Shown here: positions 51,614-60,596 of the stretch, piece by piece
How positions within the stretch are numbered: the stretch's first letter is position 1
Layout of the letters: every line of letters starts with the position of its first letter
Source of the DNA: a virus
Length of the DNA: 64,000 nucleotides
Direction: 5' to 3' (one strand)
IMG/VR virus record: IMGVR_UViG_3300034105_002043
Span: 12,747 to 76,746 of that record
Made by a program: the position numbers and the translations under genes
Notes under the pieces: generated by a model
Told to the model about the DNA's origin: nothing
Seen by the model: only the letters and a program-made list of their open reading frames with translations
The model's database searches: none

Positions 51614-51901
51614 TTATTGGAATATATCTCCGTGAATTTGGTCAACCTTTCTTTGTTCTTCAGTTCTTTTGGATAAATCTACTATCTCAACCCATTTTTT
51701 CCCGTCAAATAATGTATCGTGCCTCATATCTTCAAAACAAACTCTTTCGTGTTTAGGTTTTCGATATGCTTTTACTTGTCCATTTACTACTTCAAAATAA
51801 CTCCCCTCTACATAGTCTATGGCGTGAGCAACATACCTAATAGGAGTACCTGCTCTATACCCTCTATCTCTTGCTTCTTTAATTAAATCTTTATTATCCA
51901 T
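51614..51901 (-). CDS. hypothetical protein
   Basis: 95-aa ORF in operon. Confidence 0.7.
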   Translation of the reverse strand: MDNKDLIKEARDRGYRAGTPIRYVAHAIDYVEGSYFEVVNGQVKAYRKPKHERVCFEDMRHDTLFDGKKWVEIVDLSKRTEEQRKVDQIHGDIFQ

Positions 51902-51910
51902 ATTTTGTTG

Positions 51911-52624
51911 CTATACGTTGTGTTTACAAAACTTTGAAATTTGATTTATGTAATTATCAAATCCAACAAATTTAATAATGTTAAAGTACATTTTTAGGTC
52001 TTTGAACATACCTTTAAAAAATTTGAACTTTTTATATTTATAATTATTAACCGCAGAACTTGGCGACCAAAAACATTTCTTTTGAAGATTATTTTTTAAG
52101 AAGTATTGATTAGTTGCGACTTCTAACTGATAACCCTTTACACCTGACTGAATTATTTTTACTAAATCCTTTTTTCGCAATATTCTTTCTCCTGACAACA
52201 AAGTATCAGCCCTGATTATTTTTGGAAAAAAACTTACGTTTACTCGTCTTAAAATAAGCATATTTAAACCAAGTAAATCATATTTCGCTATTGCTTGGCT
52301 TATTTCTTGATTGTCTAAATTTTTTAAATCAGAATCGCATAAAAAAACATTTCCGTCAGGAACGTAATTTAAAGCGTGATGAATAGCAAAAGTTTTACCA
52401 AAATTATTTTGCAATCTCTTAATCAAAATATTTGGTCTATTGATAAAAATAGTTTTTAAAATCTCATAAGTTTCGATGCTTTTAGAACCGTCATCTACAA
52501 TAACTACTAAATCTATTTCTTTTACTTTTAAAACTTCTCTTACGTTTGAAACTACGCTTTCAAAACACTCATTGTAAAAAGGAATTACACAAGTAAATTT
52601 ACTTTTTTCCGTAACACTTCCCAT
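51911..52624 (-). CDS. glycosyltransferase family 2
   Basis: VIPFYNE, IVDDGS, NFGK..A, LCDSD. Confidence 0.9.
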   Translation of the reverse strand: MGSVTEKSKFTCVIPFYNECFESVVSNVREVLKVKEIDLVVIVDDGSKSIETYEILKTIFINRPNILIKRLQNNFGKTFAIHHALNYVPDGNVFLCDSDLKNLDNQEISQAIAKYDLLGLNMLILRRVNVSFFPKIIRADTLLSGERILRKKDLVKIIQSGVKGYQLEVATNQYFLKNNLQKKCFWSPSSAVNNYKYKKFKFFKGMFKDLKMYFNIIKFVGFDNYINQISKFCKHNV

Positions 52625-52627
52625 TAA

Positions 52628-53251
52628 TTATTGATTAAAGGGAGTTGAAAATGTTTCTTGAGTTGGTTGACCTCCCCATTTAGAGATATAATACTGTCTA
52701 TTTTTTTCAAACCCATTATTTAATTCAGGGGTTTTTTGAATAGTCATACTATTTCTGTAAATAACAGGGTTTAACATAGCGTTAGTTGTGATAGTAACAC
52801 CTGCTAACAACATACGGCGAAAATAATCATTGTCTTCAAAATAAGCAGGGAAAAAGTTTTCGTCAAATTTTCCAACCTTTAAGTAGGCATCTACCGATAG
52901 TATAAAACTGCACCAATTAAGTTCGGTGCATAAAAATTCAGGTTTCCATAGTCTAATTATAGCGTTTATTTCCTCTTCGGATTTACCTAAATAAATATCA
53001 TCATTAAGCATTAAGACGTGAGTCCCCTTAACTTTTTCAGCATAGTCCATAATCATATTCCAACTTCCTGAAACTCCTAAATTGTTTTCAGGTTTATAAA
53101 TTACAAAATTTCTTTCTCTTGTAATTATTTCTTGTTTTCCGTTGTCACAGATTACGATTTCTGTGTTTTTAAAATCTTCAAAGTAGTTAGCCAACGCTTC
53201 ATTTAAAAGGTCGGCTCTGTTGATTGTTGGGATTCCGATAATAAGTTTCAT
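52628..53251 (-). CDS. glycosyltransferase family 2 (rhamnosyltransferase-like)
   Basis: IPTINR, ICDNG, NLGVSGSWN, LNDD, FDENFFPAYFEDNDY. Confidence 0.9.
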   Translation of the reverse strand: MKLIIGIPTINRADLLNEALANYFEDFKNTEIVICDNGKQEIITRERNFVIYKPENNLGVSGSWNMIMDYAEKVKGTHVLMLNDDIYLGKSEEEINAIIRLWKPEFLCTELNWCSFILSVDAYLKVGKFDENFFPAYFEDNDYFRRMLLAGVTITTNAMLNPVIYRNSMTIQKTPELNNGFEKNRQYYISKWGGQPTQETFSTPFNQ

Positions 53252-53269
53252 TGGTGTTTTTTTTTGTTG

Positions 53270-53428
53270 TTATTTTACATTATCAATCATCTGCAAAACA
53301 TCTTTTAATTTTGCATTAGTTTCGTTTATTTTCTTGATTTTCATTAACCTAATGTAGTAAAGAGTAGATGCAAAAACTGCTAAAAAACCCGCACCAATTA
53401 GACTATATTTTAATACTTTATTTTTCAT
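53270..53428 (-). CDS. 52-aa N-terminal TM protein (not in ORF track)
   Basis: MKNKVLKYSLIGAGFLAVFASTLYYIRLMKIKK...*. Confidence 0.75.
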   Translation of the reverse strand: MKNKVLKYSLIGAGFLAVFASTLYYIRLMKIKKINETNAKLKDVLQMIDNVK

Positions 53429-53443
53429 CTTATTTTGCTTTAA

Positions 53444-54019
53444 TTAAACAACTTTTCCGATTGGAATTTTGTTTTGGATTCTTTTAATATTGCCTCTAAT
53501 TATATCTACATATTTAGTTGGGCTTAAAGAAGCATAACCTGCTTCAACAATCATTCTAATTTGTTCTTCAGGAGTTTTTGCATTTAACCTTGCTTTTTCA
53601 TAACGAGGTTTCATTAAAGTTTCAATATGATTTTTAACACCGTCTAAAGCGGTTGGGAATTTCGCAAATTTAGCGGTTACAGTAATAGTTTTTCCTTTAA
53701 CAACTTCTTTGGTGTTTGTTTCAAAAAATGCAGGGTGTAAAGACGCTATGTATTTTACTCCCGCAAAATTATTTGCTTTTGAAGCAAGAGTGCTTTTGCC
53801 ATATCCTGATTCTGCAATTGATTGAGCAACTACACCTGCAAAAAACAAATTTGTTCCCTTTATAGCATCAGCAAATGCAGTACCGAATTTATATAAAAAA
53901 TATCTAACTTTTGTATCAACATCAACAAAAGAAAACTGACTACTATTCATAGCGTCTATAATGGCAACCAATTCGTCATTGGTCATTTTGTCATAATCAC
54001 TTTTTGTTCTATTTGCCAT
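53444..54019 (-). CDS. GH73 glucosaminidase/muramidase (FlgJ-like)
   Basis: AQSIAESGYGKS.LA..ANNFAGVK, T.E, FAKF, AGYA..P.KY. Confidence 0.9.
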   Translation of the reverse strand: MANRTKSDYDKMTNDELVAIIDAMNSSQFSFVDVDTKVRYFLYKFGTAFADAIKGTNLFFAGVVAQSIAESGYGKSTLASKANNFAGVKYIASLHPAFFETNTKEVVKGKTITVTAKFAKFPTALDGVKNHIETLMKPRYEKARLNAKTPEEQIRMIVEAGYASLSPTKYVDIIRGNIKRIQNKIPIGKVV

Positions 54020-54038
54020 AATAATTAATTTTAAAAAA

Positions 54039-54065
54039 CAAATATAGTAATTTTTTTATTTCCAA
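54039..54065 (-). promoter_or_regulatory. Bacteroidota promoter for the GH73/glycan operon
   Basis: TATATTTG 20 nt upstream of ATG 54019, TTG 16 nt further up; same -7 box as 14647 and 43931. Confidence 0.65.
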
Positions 54066-54069
54066 CATA

Positions 54070-54375
54070 TTAAACCATTTCTAAAACTTCAGAAACTACC
54101 TCAACCATACTTTCGTTTGGTTTTAATTTTCTAAATCTCCATTCTGCAAAAGCAGGTTCTTGAAATTTACAAATCAACTTAATAAAAATAACAGGGTTGT
54201 CAATTTCTTCAAGCAACACGCCCGTTGCAATACCTCTATTAGTGTTTATTGCTCTGATAGTGTATTCTTGGTCTTTAGTTACCCAATTAGGTACGGTTCT
54301 TTTTATTTCTTCAACCGCTTCAGGTTTAATTGATGAGTCTATGCAAATAACTCTATCTCCTACATTAAAGTCCAT
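54070..54375 (-). CDS. SH3-like phage protein
   Basis: FNVGDRVICID...YTIR...GVLLEEI.NP...F...RFR. Confidence 0.6.
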   Translation of the reverse strand: MDFNVGDRVICIDSSIKPEAVEEIKRTVPNWVTKDQEYTIRAINTNRGIATGVLLEEIDNPVIFIKLICKFQEPAFAEWRFRKLKPNESMVEVVSEVLEMV

Positions 54376-55171
54376 AATTTATTTTTTTAATATTTTTCTC
54401 AATAAGCCATTTTGGAGCAGTCAAAAAATATGTTGGTAAATTTTTAGTTCTGTCGATTGGCTCTACTTTTTCAATTGTACATAGGCTTTTAGGAAACCAT
54501 TGTAAATTACTTGCCGAAGTATTTAGCCCGTTTTCATTAAAAACTAAATCTACCAAAACACCAATTGATTTTTCACTTTCTCTTGGAGAAGAAACTTGTA
54601 CTCTAACTAAATCTTTTGACACGTCTGTTTTTTTAAAATTCTTTAATTGTGTTTTTAATTCTTCTATACTGTTTGCATCGTTTAAATGAATGTTGTCAAT
54701 TTCGTAAGTGTCAGTAAAGATAGTGAGTTCTGTTCCATCAAGTCTTGTTCTTTTTGAACCTTTTTCGTAAAAATTTCTTTTAGAAACAAACCTATCTTTA
54801 TCAATCCAACCGCAGATTGTTAGTTCTTTTTTAATTTTATTAAAACTACAAAATATGTAAATTTCTGTTTTAAAATAATCTTGAAGTTTTACAAAATTAT
54901 TAGTGTATGAGGGTCTAACATCGGTATTTCTTCCCATCGTTTTAACATCAATAGTTTTATTGTCAAAAACTAAATCTACCCCATCGTCAAAACCCGTACT
55001 TCCGTCAACGAAATCTAATCCAAATAGTTGCATAACAACGCTCTGACCAATAATTCCTGTTAGTTGTTGTTCTTTGTTTCCATTGGCATCAATTCTCTTT
55101 CCAAAATTAAACTTTTCAATTTGGTCAATGCAATGTAATTCTACTTGTTCTGTTACTTTTATCGTAATCAT
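54365..55171 (-). CDS. putative PD-(D/E)xK nuclease with extra C-terminal domain
   Basis: GIIGQ...DDGVDL......IDVKT. Confidence 0.55.
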   Translation of the reverse strand: MITIKVTEQVELHCIDQIEKFNFGKRIDANGNKEQQLTGIIGQSVVMQLFGLDFVDGSTGFDDGVDLVFDNKTIDVKTMGRNTDVRPSYTNNFVKLQDYFKTEIYIFCSFNKIKKELTICGWIDKDRFVSKRNFYEKGSKRTRLDGTELTIFTDTYEIDNIHLNDANSIEELKTQLKNFKKTDVSKDLVRVQVSSPRESEKSIGVLVDLVFNENGLNTSASNLQWFPKSLCTIEKVEPIDRTKNLPTYFLTAPKWLIEKNIKKINYGL

Positions 55172-55186
55172 TTAATTAGTTTGTGA

Positions 55187-55492
55187 TTATCCGAATATTT
55201 CTCCTGTTTCCATATCAATAGTCATCTGTGGAGATTTTTTTGCAATTACCTGTATTTTTTCTATAATAGCACTTGTGAAGTATTTGTCTTGCCATTTTTT
55301 AGATTTGATGTAATATTCAATCTTTACGGCATCGCCTTTTTCCATATTTACTTGTTGAATAAGGACTTTGATTTCTCTATAAGCCGTAAAAGCGATAGGG
55401 AAGTAAGAATCGTTTTTCTTAACCCTAATTACAACCTGAACAACCGTATCAGTTGCAGGAATTATATCTAATATGACACCTTTACAAACCAT
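55187..55492 (-). CDS. OB-fold ssDNA-binding protein (DUF3127-like)
   Basis: GDAVKIEYYIKSKKWQDKYFTS; acidic C-tail DMETGEIF. Confidence 0.65.
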   Translation of the reverse strand: MVCKGVILDIIPATDTVVQVVIRVKKNDSYFPIAFTAYREIKVLIQQVNMEKGDAVKIEYYIKSKKWQDKYFTSAIIEKIQVIAKKSPQMTIDMETGEIFG

Positions 55493-55528
55493 AATAATAA
55501 TTATTCTTTGTAAAAATAAATATTATTT

Positions 55529-56371
55529 CTAATATAAAAGCATTTCATAAGTTAATTTTTTCAACATATCTTGTAAGTCCATAATATCTAACCAAGCATT
55601 AGCAACATATCTCCTCGCACCCCTCCTAACAATTTCCTCTTTTTTTGTAGCGGTAAAGTTTACGTCATTAATCATTTTTTTAAGGTTTCCTCTTTTAGAA
55701 TCACTTACTGCTTCACTAAATTGGCTTTCGCCACTTAACATTGCTTTATCAATCAAAACCTTATCCATATTTAAGAGTTTATTGTGCCTTACAAAATTAT
55801 AGATAACCTCTCCCGTATCGCCGTAAAACTCTCCTTTTTCAACTGTGTTTTTAGCATCAATAAGTAATTCTCTAAAGTTTTTTAAACGCTCTTCTTTAGA
55901 CATCGGAGGTTTGTTTTCCTGTTCTAATTTTGTGATTTTTTCTCTGATTCCAAAGCATACACCATTTTTATAACTCTCATACGCTTTAAGGACTTTTGAA
56001 ACATAAATCATAGTCAGTTTTCCATAATGCTCGGCATCTGTTTCGAGCAAGTCTGAATCAATCGAAACAAGTCTTACACAAACCTTTAAGTCAAATATGT
56101 TTATGTTTGGGAAGTTCTCCCTAATAAAAGAATTAAGAGCGACTAAATCCTGCGCTATAACGGTAATACCCAAAGCATATCCCCATTGAGCAATAGCCTG
56201 TGTAATTTCTTTCATTTCTGCTTTATCAGAATTTGAAATTTGTTTTAATTTTCTTTCAGTCTGCTTCTTATTGTAGATTAAAATATCGTTTTGACTTGCT
56301 TTTGGTAAAGCACCAACCACAATATTATCCTTGACTATTAAAGAATTCTGTTGCGAGATTAACTTGGTCAT
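55529..56371 (-). CDS. putative helicase loader/replication accessory protein
   Basis: Overlaps replisome organiser; EHYGKL...Y.SKVLKAY helical pattern; mostly positional inference. Confidence 0.45.
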   Translation of the reverse strand: MTKLISQQNSLIVKDNIVVGALPKASQNDILIYNKKQTERKLKQISNSDKAEMKEITQAIAQWGYALGITVIAQDLVALNSFIRENFPNINIFDLKVCVRLVSIDSDLLETDAEHYGKLTMIYVSKVLKAYESYKNGVCFGIREKITKLEQENKPPMSKEERLKNFRELLIDAKNTVEKGEFYGDTGEVIYNFVRHNKLLNMDKVLIDKAMLSGESQFSEAVSDSKRGNLKKMINDVNFTATKKEEIVRRGARRYVANAWLDIMDLQDMLKKLTYEMLLY

Positions 56372-57041
56372 AAGTGTTTTTTAAATTTGAGTTTGGCGCA
56401 TTTGAAACTATATTTTCATTTAGATACGATTCAAACTTGTTGGAAAATAAGGTTTCGGGTCTTAAAAATTGTTCCATTTTAGAACCCAACCAATTAGTGC
56501 TTTTTACTGATATTACTTGTCTAAAATCATCAATGTTAAATCCGTCATTTAGCCTTTGAGTTATAAACTTTCTATTGATTACAGAGTTAGTTTTATAGTT
56601 CTTGCCTGTTGCTTGATTTAAAAAGTTAATTATATCTTCGTAAACCTCATTTGGATATGAAGTTTCTGTGGCTTTTTTTCTTGTTGCTTTTGGCTTTTCA
56701 ACTATTGGCTCTGCCTCAATTGGTACTGCCTGAATAGTTTCTATTTTTGGCTCTTTCAAATTAGCCGTTTTTGAAATATATTCATCATAACGCTCTTCTT
56801 TTATAGACAAAACAAGTTCTCTATAATTTTTACTTAAAGTGTACATTTTAACATAATTTGGAAAAACACTCACTCCGTAATTAATAATTCGGTAATAAGT
56901 AGTTTTAGGTATGTCAAGAGGCACATTAAGTTTTATAATTATAGTTTCTTCTTTGTGAAACTGAAGTATTATAGGAAGCCATATCTTATAATAGATACCT
57001 CCCATTTTTTTTATATCGTTAATGAAGTCAATTATTTCCAT
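56325..57041 (-). CDS. replication initiator/replisome organiser with conserved phage C-terminal domain
   Basis: IINFLN..TGK.Y.......I..RL.DGF...DF..VI..K...W....M..FLRPETLF.NKFESYLN. Confidence 0.85.
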   Translation of the reverse strand: MEIIDFINDIKKMGGIYYKIWLPIILQFHKEETIIIKLNVPLDIPKTTYYRIINYGVSVFPNYVKMYTLSKNYRELVLSIKEERYDEYISKTANLKEPKIETIQAVPIEAEPIVEKPKATRKKATETSYPNEVYEDIINFLNQATGKNYKTNSVINRKFITQRLNDGFNIDDFRQVISVKSTNWLGSKMEQFLRPETLFSNKFESYLNENIVSNAPNSNLKNTYDQVNLATEFFNSQG

Positions 57042-57268
57042 TAGTCAACAATATCGTCAATTGGAACGTTTAGAGCATTGCAAATCAAAATGGCGGTATT
57101 TATATTATAATTTTTTCTTTTGCCATTTACAATCTCGTTAAGAATATACATAGAAACAGATTTACCATTATTCGCTTCGATTATCAAATTATATAAATCT
57201 TTTTGGGTCATAGACCTGTCAAGAAGTATTTTATACAACTTGGTTACTTCTACCTGTATTTTTTGCAT
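57041..57268 (-). CDS. XRE-family HTH regulator
   Basis: MTQKDL...LNEIVNGK......TAILICNALNVPIDDI. Confidence 0.85.
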   Translation of the reverse strand: MQKIQVEVTKLYKILLDRSMTQKDLYNLIIEANNGKSVSMYILNEIVNGKRKNYNINTAILICNALNVPIDDIVD

Positions 57269-57271
57269 TTT

Positions 57272-57481
57272 TTAAATATTTAATGTTTTTAGTGCTTCTT
57301 CAAATTTTTTCTCTGAAAAAGTTTCGTTATAAATATCAACAAAAGTATGATTCCCTTTTTCAGATAGGAAATTTAAAATCTTGTATTGGATTTCGTGTTT
57401 TGTTGCTTTTTTTGTTTTAGTCGATAAGACTTCGCTGAAATAATCTACGGATTGTAAAGTTACACTTTTAATCTGTTCCAT
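57272..57481 (-). CDS. hypothetical protein
   Basis: 69-aa ORF in operon. Confidence 0.65.
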   Translation of the reverse strand: MEQIKSVTLQSVDYFSEVLSTKTKKATKHEIQYKILNFLSEKGNHTFVDIYNETFSEKKFEEALKTLNI

Positions 57482-57482
57482 A

Positions 57483-57953
57483 TTATTTTTTTGAAATTAA
57501 TCTGTAATTAGTGACCTCGATTTTTTGACCAAGTTCGTTGTGTAAACCAACTTTATCAGTTTTAATTTTAAGACCGTCTTTTCTTAATTGCCAAATAAAA
57601 TTGTGCAAACTTTTTACCTTGAACGTTTGCTCACAAGTAAGAACGTCAAGAGAACCGTACTTAATTAAATATTCTTTAATATCAGTATAAGTTTTTTGAC
57701 CAATTACTCGTCTATTCCTTTTCTTTTTTTGTTTTTCAACGGGATTTACTTCTTCGGTAACTTTTACCTCTTCGGGAACTTTTACTTCTTCTTTTGGTTT
57801 TACTTCTTTACCAAGATAAATCGCACCTGCTACTTGTTTTTTCTTTTTGTGAACCACTTTTAATTTAGGTTCATTTACTTCTAAAATTTCGGTAGTTTGT
57901 TCTTTTTTTGATTTACCGAATATCATATTCCAAATGTTGCTAAAAATTCCCAT
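57483..57953 (-). CDS. C-terminal winged-HTH protein
   Basis: IKEYL..YGSL......TF.V.SL...IWQLR.DG..I.T. Confidence 0.7.
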   Translation of the reverse strand: MGIFSNIWNMIFGKSKKEQTTEILEVNEPKLKVVHKKKKQVAGAIYLGKEVKPKEEVKVPEEVKVTEEVNPVEKQKKKRNRRVIGQKTYTDIKEYLIKYGSLDVLTCEQTFKVKSLHNFIWQLRKDGLKIKTDKVGLHNELGQKIEVTNYRLISKK

Positions 57954-57980
57954 AATGATTGATTTTAATATGTTATTTAA

Positions 57981-58502
57981 TTATTTTGAACAGTCAACTT
58001 CAATTACTTTTTGCATAGTATATGCTCTTATGAAATAGTCTTTTTGGTCTTGTTTTAAAACCGTAGTTAGACTTTCATAACTATATCCGTTGCTAAATCT
58101 TATTGAAGACATTTTTTTAGTAGATAGTTCTTTTAAATCATTATCAGTTAGATTAAAATAAACATTGCCCTCGCAATTAAATTTGTTCCAAGAAGTTAAA
58201 GTTATTTTTGTATCATCTTCAAATAATATAATCAACGTATCTTTTTCATCGCAAGACCCAATGTTTACGTTTTTACATAAAAAACCATTGTTTATCATAG
58301 TTCCGTTATCCGCTCTGAAACTTGGAATAACCGTAAAACCTTTGGTCTTTTCAGGGTTGGCGCAAATTAATTTTTTTTGAGAAAAGAAATACTCTTTGTC
58401 AGTCATTTTATCCTTACAATGTTCAATTATAAAAGGAGTTGTTGTTTGAGAAAATGCGCTTAAAGAAATAAGCAATACAAAATTTAATAATAATTTTTTC
58501 AT
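57981..58502 (-). CDS. secreted/periplasmic protein, host-like
   Basis: Signal peptide MKKLLLNFVLLISLSAFS-Q; several Cys. Confidence 0.75.
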   Translation of the reverse strand: MKKLLLNFVLLISLSAFSQTTTPFIIEHCKDKMTDKEYFFSQKKLICANPEKTKGFTVIPSFRADNGTMINNGFLCKNVNIGSCDEKDTLIILFEDDTKITLTSWNKFNCEGNVYFNLTDNDLKELSTKKMSSIRFSNGYSYESLTTVLKQDQKDYFIRAYTMQKVIEVDCSK

Positions 58503-58520
58503 AGTTTTTGTTTTTAAATG

Positions 58521-58745
58521 TTAATTGTTTTTTTGTTTGTTGGATTTATCAATATGAACGTAAGCGAAATGGGTTAATCCGAAACCAATTCCACTTATAA
58601 GGCAAACTTTGATAAAATTATTAAAATCAGGGTATAGTAAATACCCGTTAATAAAATAATCAAATAGGACTATTAAGAAGACAATACTTGCCGAAAATAA
58701 TATCCCAAAAAAGTAGTGATAAAAGATTGTTTTTAAAGTTTCCAT
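58521..58745 (-). CDS. small 2-TM protein
   Basis: Two hydrophobic segments. Confidence 0.7.
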   Translation of the reverse strand: METLKTIFYHYFFGILFSASIVFLIVLFDYFINGYLLYPDFNNFIKVCLISGIGFGLTHFAYVHIDKSNKQKNN

Positions 58746-58765
58746 AGTGTTTGTTTTTAGTTCGT

Positions 58766-58797
58766 CAAACTTACATATTATTATTTAGAATATCAAA
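58766..58797 (-). promoter_or_regulatory. Bacteroidota sigma70 promoter
   Basis: TTTG-N20-TAAGTTTG 21 nt upstream of ATG 58745. Confidence 0.75.
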
Positions 58798-58839
58798 TAT
58801 TTTTAATATTATTTATTATTATAAATATATTTTTAAAAA

Positions 58840-59871
58840 CTATCTTACTTCTTCTATTTCTTTAAGAGCCTTATTGACCAAATCTCTTAAATTTTGAGGG
58901 ACGATAAAATATAAAACTGATTCCAAAGCGGTCTTTGCAATTCCGTATCGAATTCTCAAAACTTCGTATTCAGATTTTTTAATGCTTATGTAATCCTCTT
59001 CAGTATCATCTACTATTTCCCTTTTAACGATTGTAGGCTCAACCTGTTCAGTAGGCGTTTGTTCAATCTTTATGATTGTTTTTAAATCCTCTATCTGTTT
59101 TTGGCTTTCCTCGTTCTGTTTTTTCAGGTTTTCATTTTCTTTGGCAATTCTCTCTCTCTCTATCAAATATTCGTTTTTTCGCAAAACTAAATTTTTCATA
59201 AGTTCTTCAAAAGCAACTGCATCAGTTTCGGTAGTAAGAATTAAGTCCTTTTCTGTGTAATAGAACTGTCTATATTCTGCTAACTGCAAACTTCTTTCTT
59301 GGAATAATTTTACCTTTTTTTCATTTTCAAAAATTTCATCTTGTAACCTTTTTTCTTCGGCTTTTTTGTTTTCTAAAGACACTATTGCACCATTCAAAAT
59401 AGTAGCAAAAGCATCGTCAGTAATTAAATCTAATTGGATTGAGTTTGGGTCAATAACTTCAAGATACGGCTGAAGTAAAATAGTTCGCTCTTCTTTAAGT
59501 TTAATACGTTTGTTTTGCTCTTGTATTTCTACAAACTTTTCTTGTAATTCCAAGTGTTTTTCAGCGGGTTCTATAAGACCTGTTAAATACTTTGCCACAC
59601 TATCAATTAGCCTACCCTCATTTAAGGATTGCTCTTTTAAAGATTTTCTTACTTTCTCTACTTCAATACGCTTTGATTTAAGAAGCAATCTACCCTCTCT
59701 TGCTTCAGACATTAAGCCTTTTTGCGTTTCATCACTTACAACTATTGCGTTTGCTTTTTCTGACCACTCTTCTATTGATTGAGTAAATTCCTGAAACTTC
59801 TCTTTGATGTAATCTGCTTTTGTTTTTTCGATTACTCCTGTTCCGATTAATTCGTCTATTTTATTGCTCAT
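58840..59871 (-). CDS. coiled-coil phage protein of recombination/replication regions
   Basis: AREGRL.LK.KRI.VEK.RK.LKE.SL..G..ID.VAK....LIEP.E.HL..QE. Confidence 0.65.
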   Translation of the reverse strand: MSNKIDELIGTGVIEKTKADYIKEKFQEFTQSIEEWSEKANAIVVSDETQKGLMSEAREGRLLLKSKRIEVEKVRKSLKEQSLNEGRLIDSVAKYLTGLIEPAEKHLELQEKFVEIQEQNKRIKLKEERTILLQPYLEVIDPNSIQLDLITDDAFATILNGAIVSLENKKAEEKRLQDEIFENEKKVKLFQERSLQLAEYRQFYYTEKDLILTTETDAVAFEELMKNLVLRKNEYLIERERIAKENENLKKQNEESQKQIEDLKTIIKIEQTPTEQVEPTIVKREIVDDTEEDYISIKKSEYEVLRIRYGIAKTALESVLYFIVPQNLRDLVNKALKEIEEVR

Positions 59872-60580
59872 CTTGTTTATTTTTTGTTAGATTAATTCTT
59901 TTGTTAGCGTTTTCATAATTTTCAGGGTTTAATTCACTACCTATCCAATTCAATCCATTCTTTTTACAAACTACCGCAGTTGTTCCGCTACCCATAAAAC
60001 TATCGTAAACCAATTCATCTCCTTTTGTGGTAATTTTTAAAATCCTTTCAACTAATTGTTCGGGCATTTGTGTTGGGTGTATTCTGTCATTTTTTGGAAT
60101 ATTGTGAGGAACATACCAAACCGAAGTTAAAGCATCGGGTATTCCGCATTTATCATTTAAGTAAATATCATCTGTTTTAGATAAGTGATAAATAATTTCA
60201 TAGTCTAAATGAAACCTTTTGTTTGTACTATCAAAACTACCCGCATACTTCCAAATGATATAACTTTTTAATTTTAAATTTTGAAAACCATCTAAAAACT
60301 CAATCCAATGCGGTGTTCTTAATGTTTTATCAAATGTCTTGCTTTTGATATTAAAGAATATTTGTCCTGTTGGTTTTAATATCCTTTCGTACTCTGTAAA
60401 TAATTTACCTAAATAATCCGAATAAAATTTTAAAAACAATACATCTTTAGATTTTGCCCCGTAACCTGCCCCTGAAACATCTTCGTAAGTTGGAGAAGTA
60501 ATAATTAAGTCAATAAAATTATCAGGCATTTTTGCCATTGTTTCAAGGTTGTCCTCGTTATAAATTTTGTTTATTTCCAT
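59861..60580 (-). CDS. beta-class amino DNA methyltransferase with variant SPTY catalytic motif
   Basis: DLIITSPTY, HPTQMP, VYDSFMGSGTT, WIGSE. Confidence 0.85.
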   Translation of the reverse strand: MEINKIYNEDNLETMAKMPDNFIDLIITSPTYEDVSGAGYGAKSKDVLFLKFYSDYLGKLFTEYERILKPTGQIFFNIKSKTFDKTLRTPHWIEFLDGFQNLKLKSYIIWKYAGSFDSTNKRFHLDYEIIYHLSKTDDIYLNDKCGIPDALTSVWYVPHNIPKNDRIHPTQMPEQLVERILKITTKGDELVYDSFMGSGTTAVVCKKNGLNWIGSELNPENYENANKRINLTKNKQDEQ

Positions 60581-60596
60581 TTTTATAGTTTTATTT

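Noticed and set aside
56660-56760. TTGGCT-like repeats in the initiator gene as iterons
   Set aside because: Short, degenerate and explained by KPK/EPK/EPI codons; an origin here is plausible but unsupported
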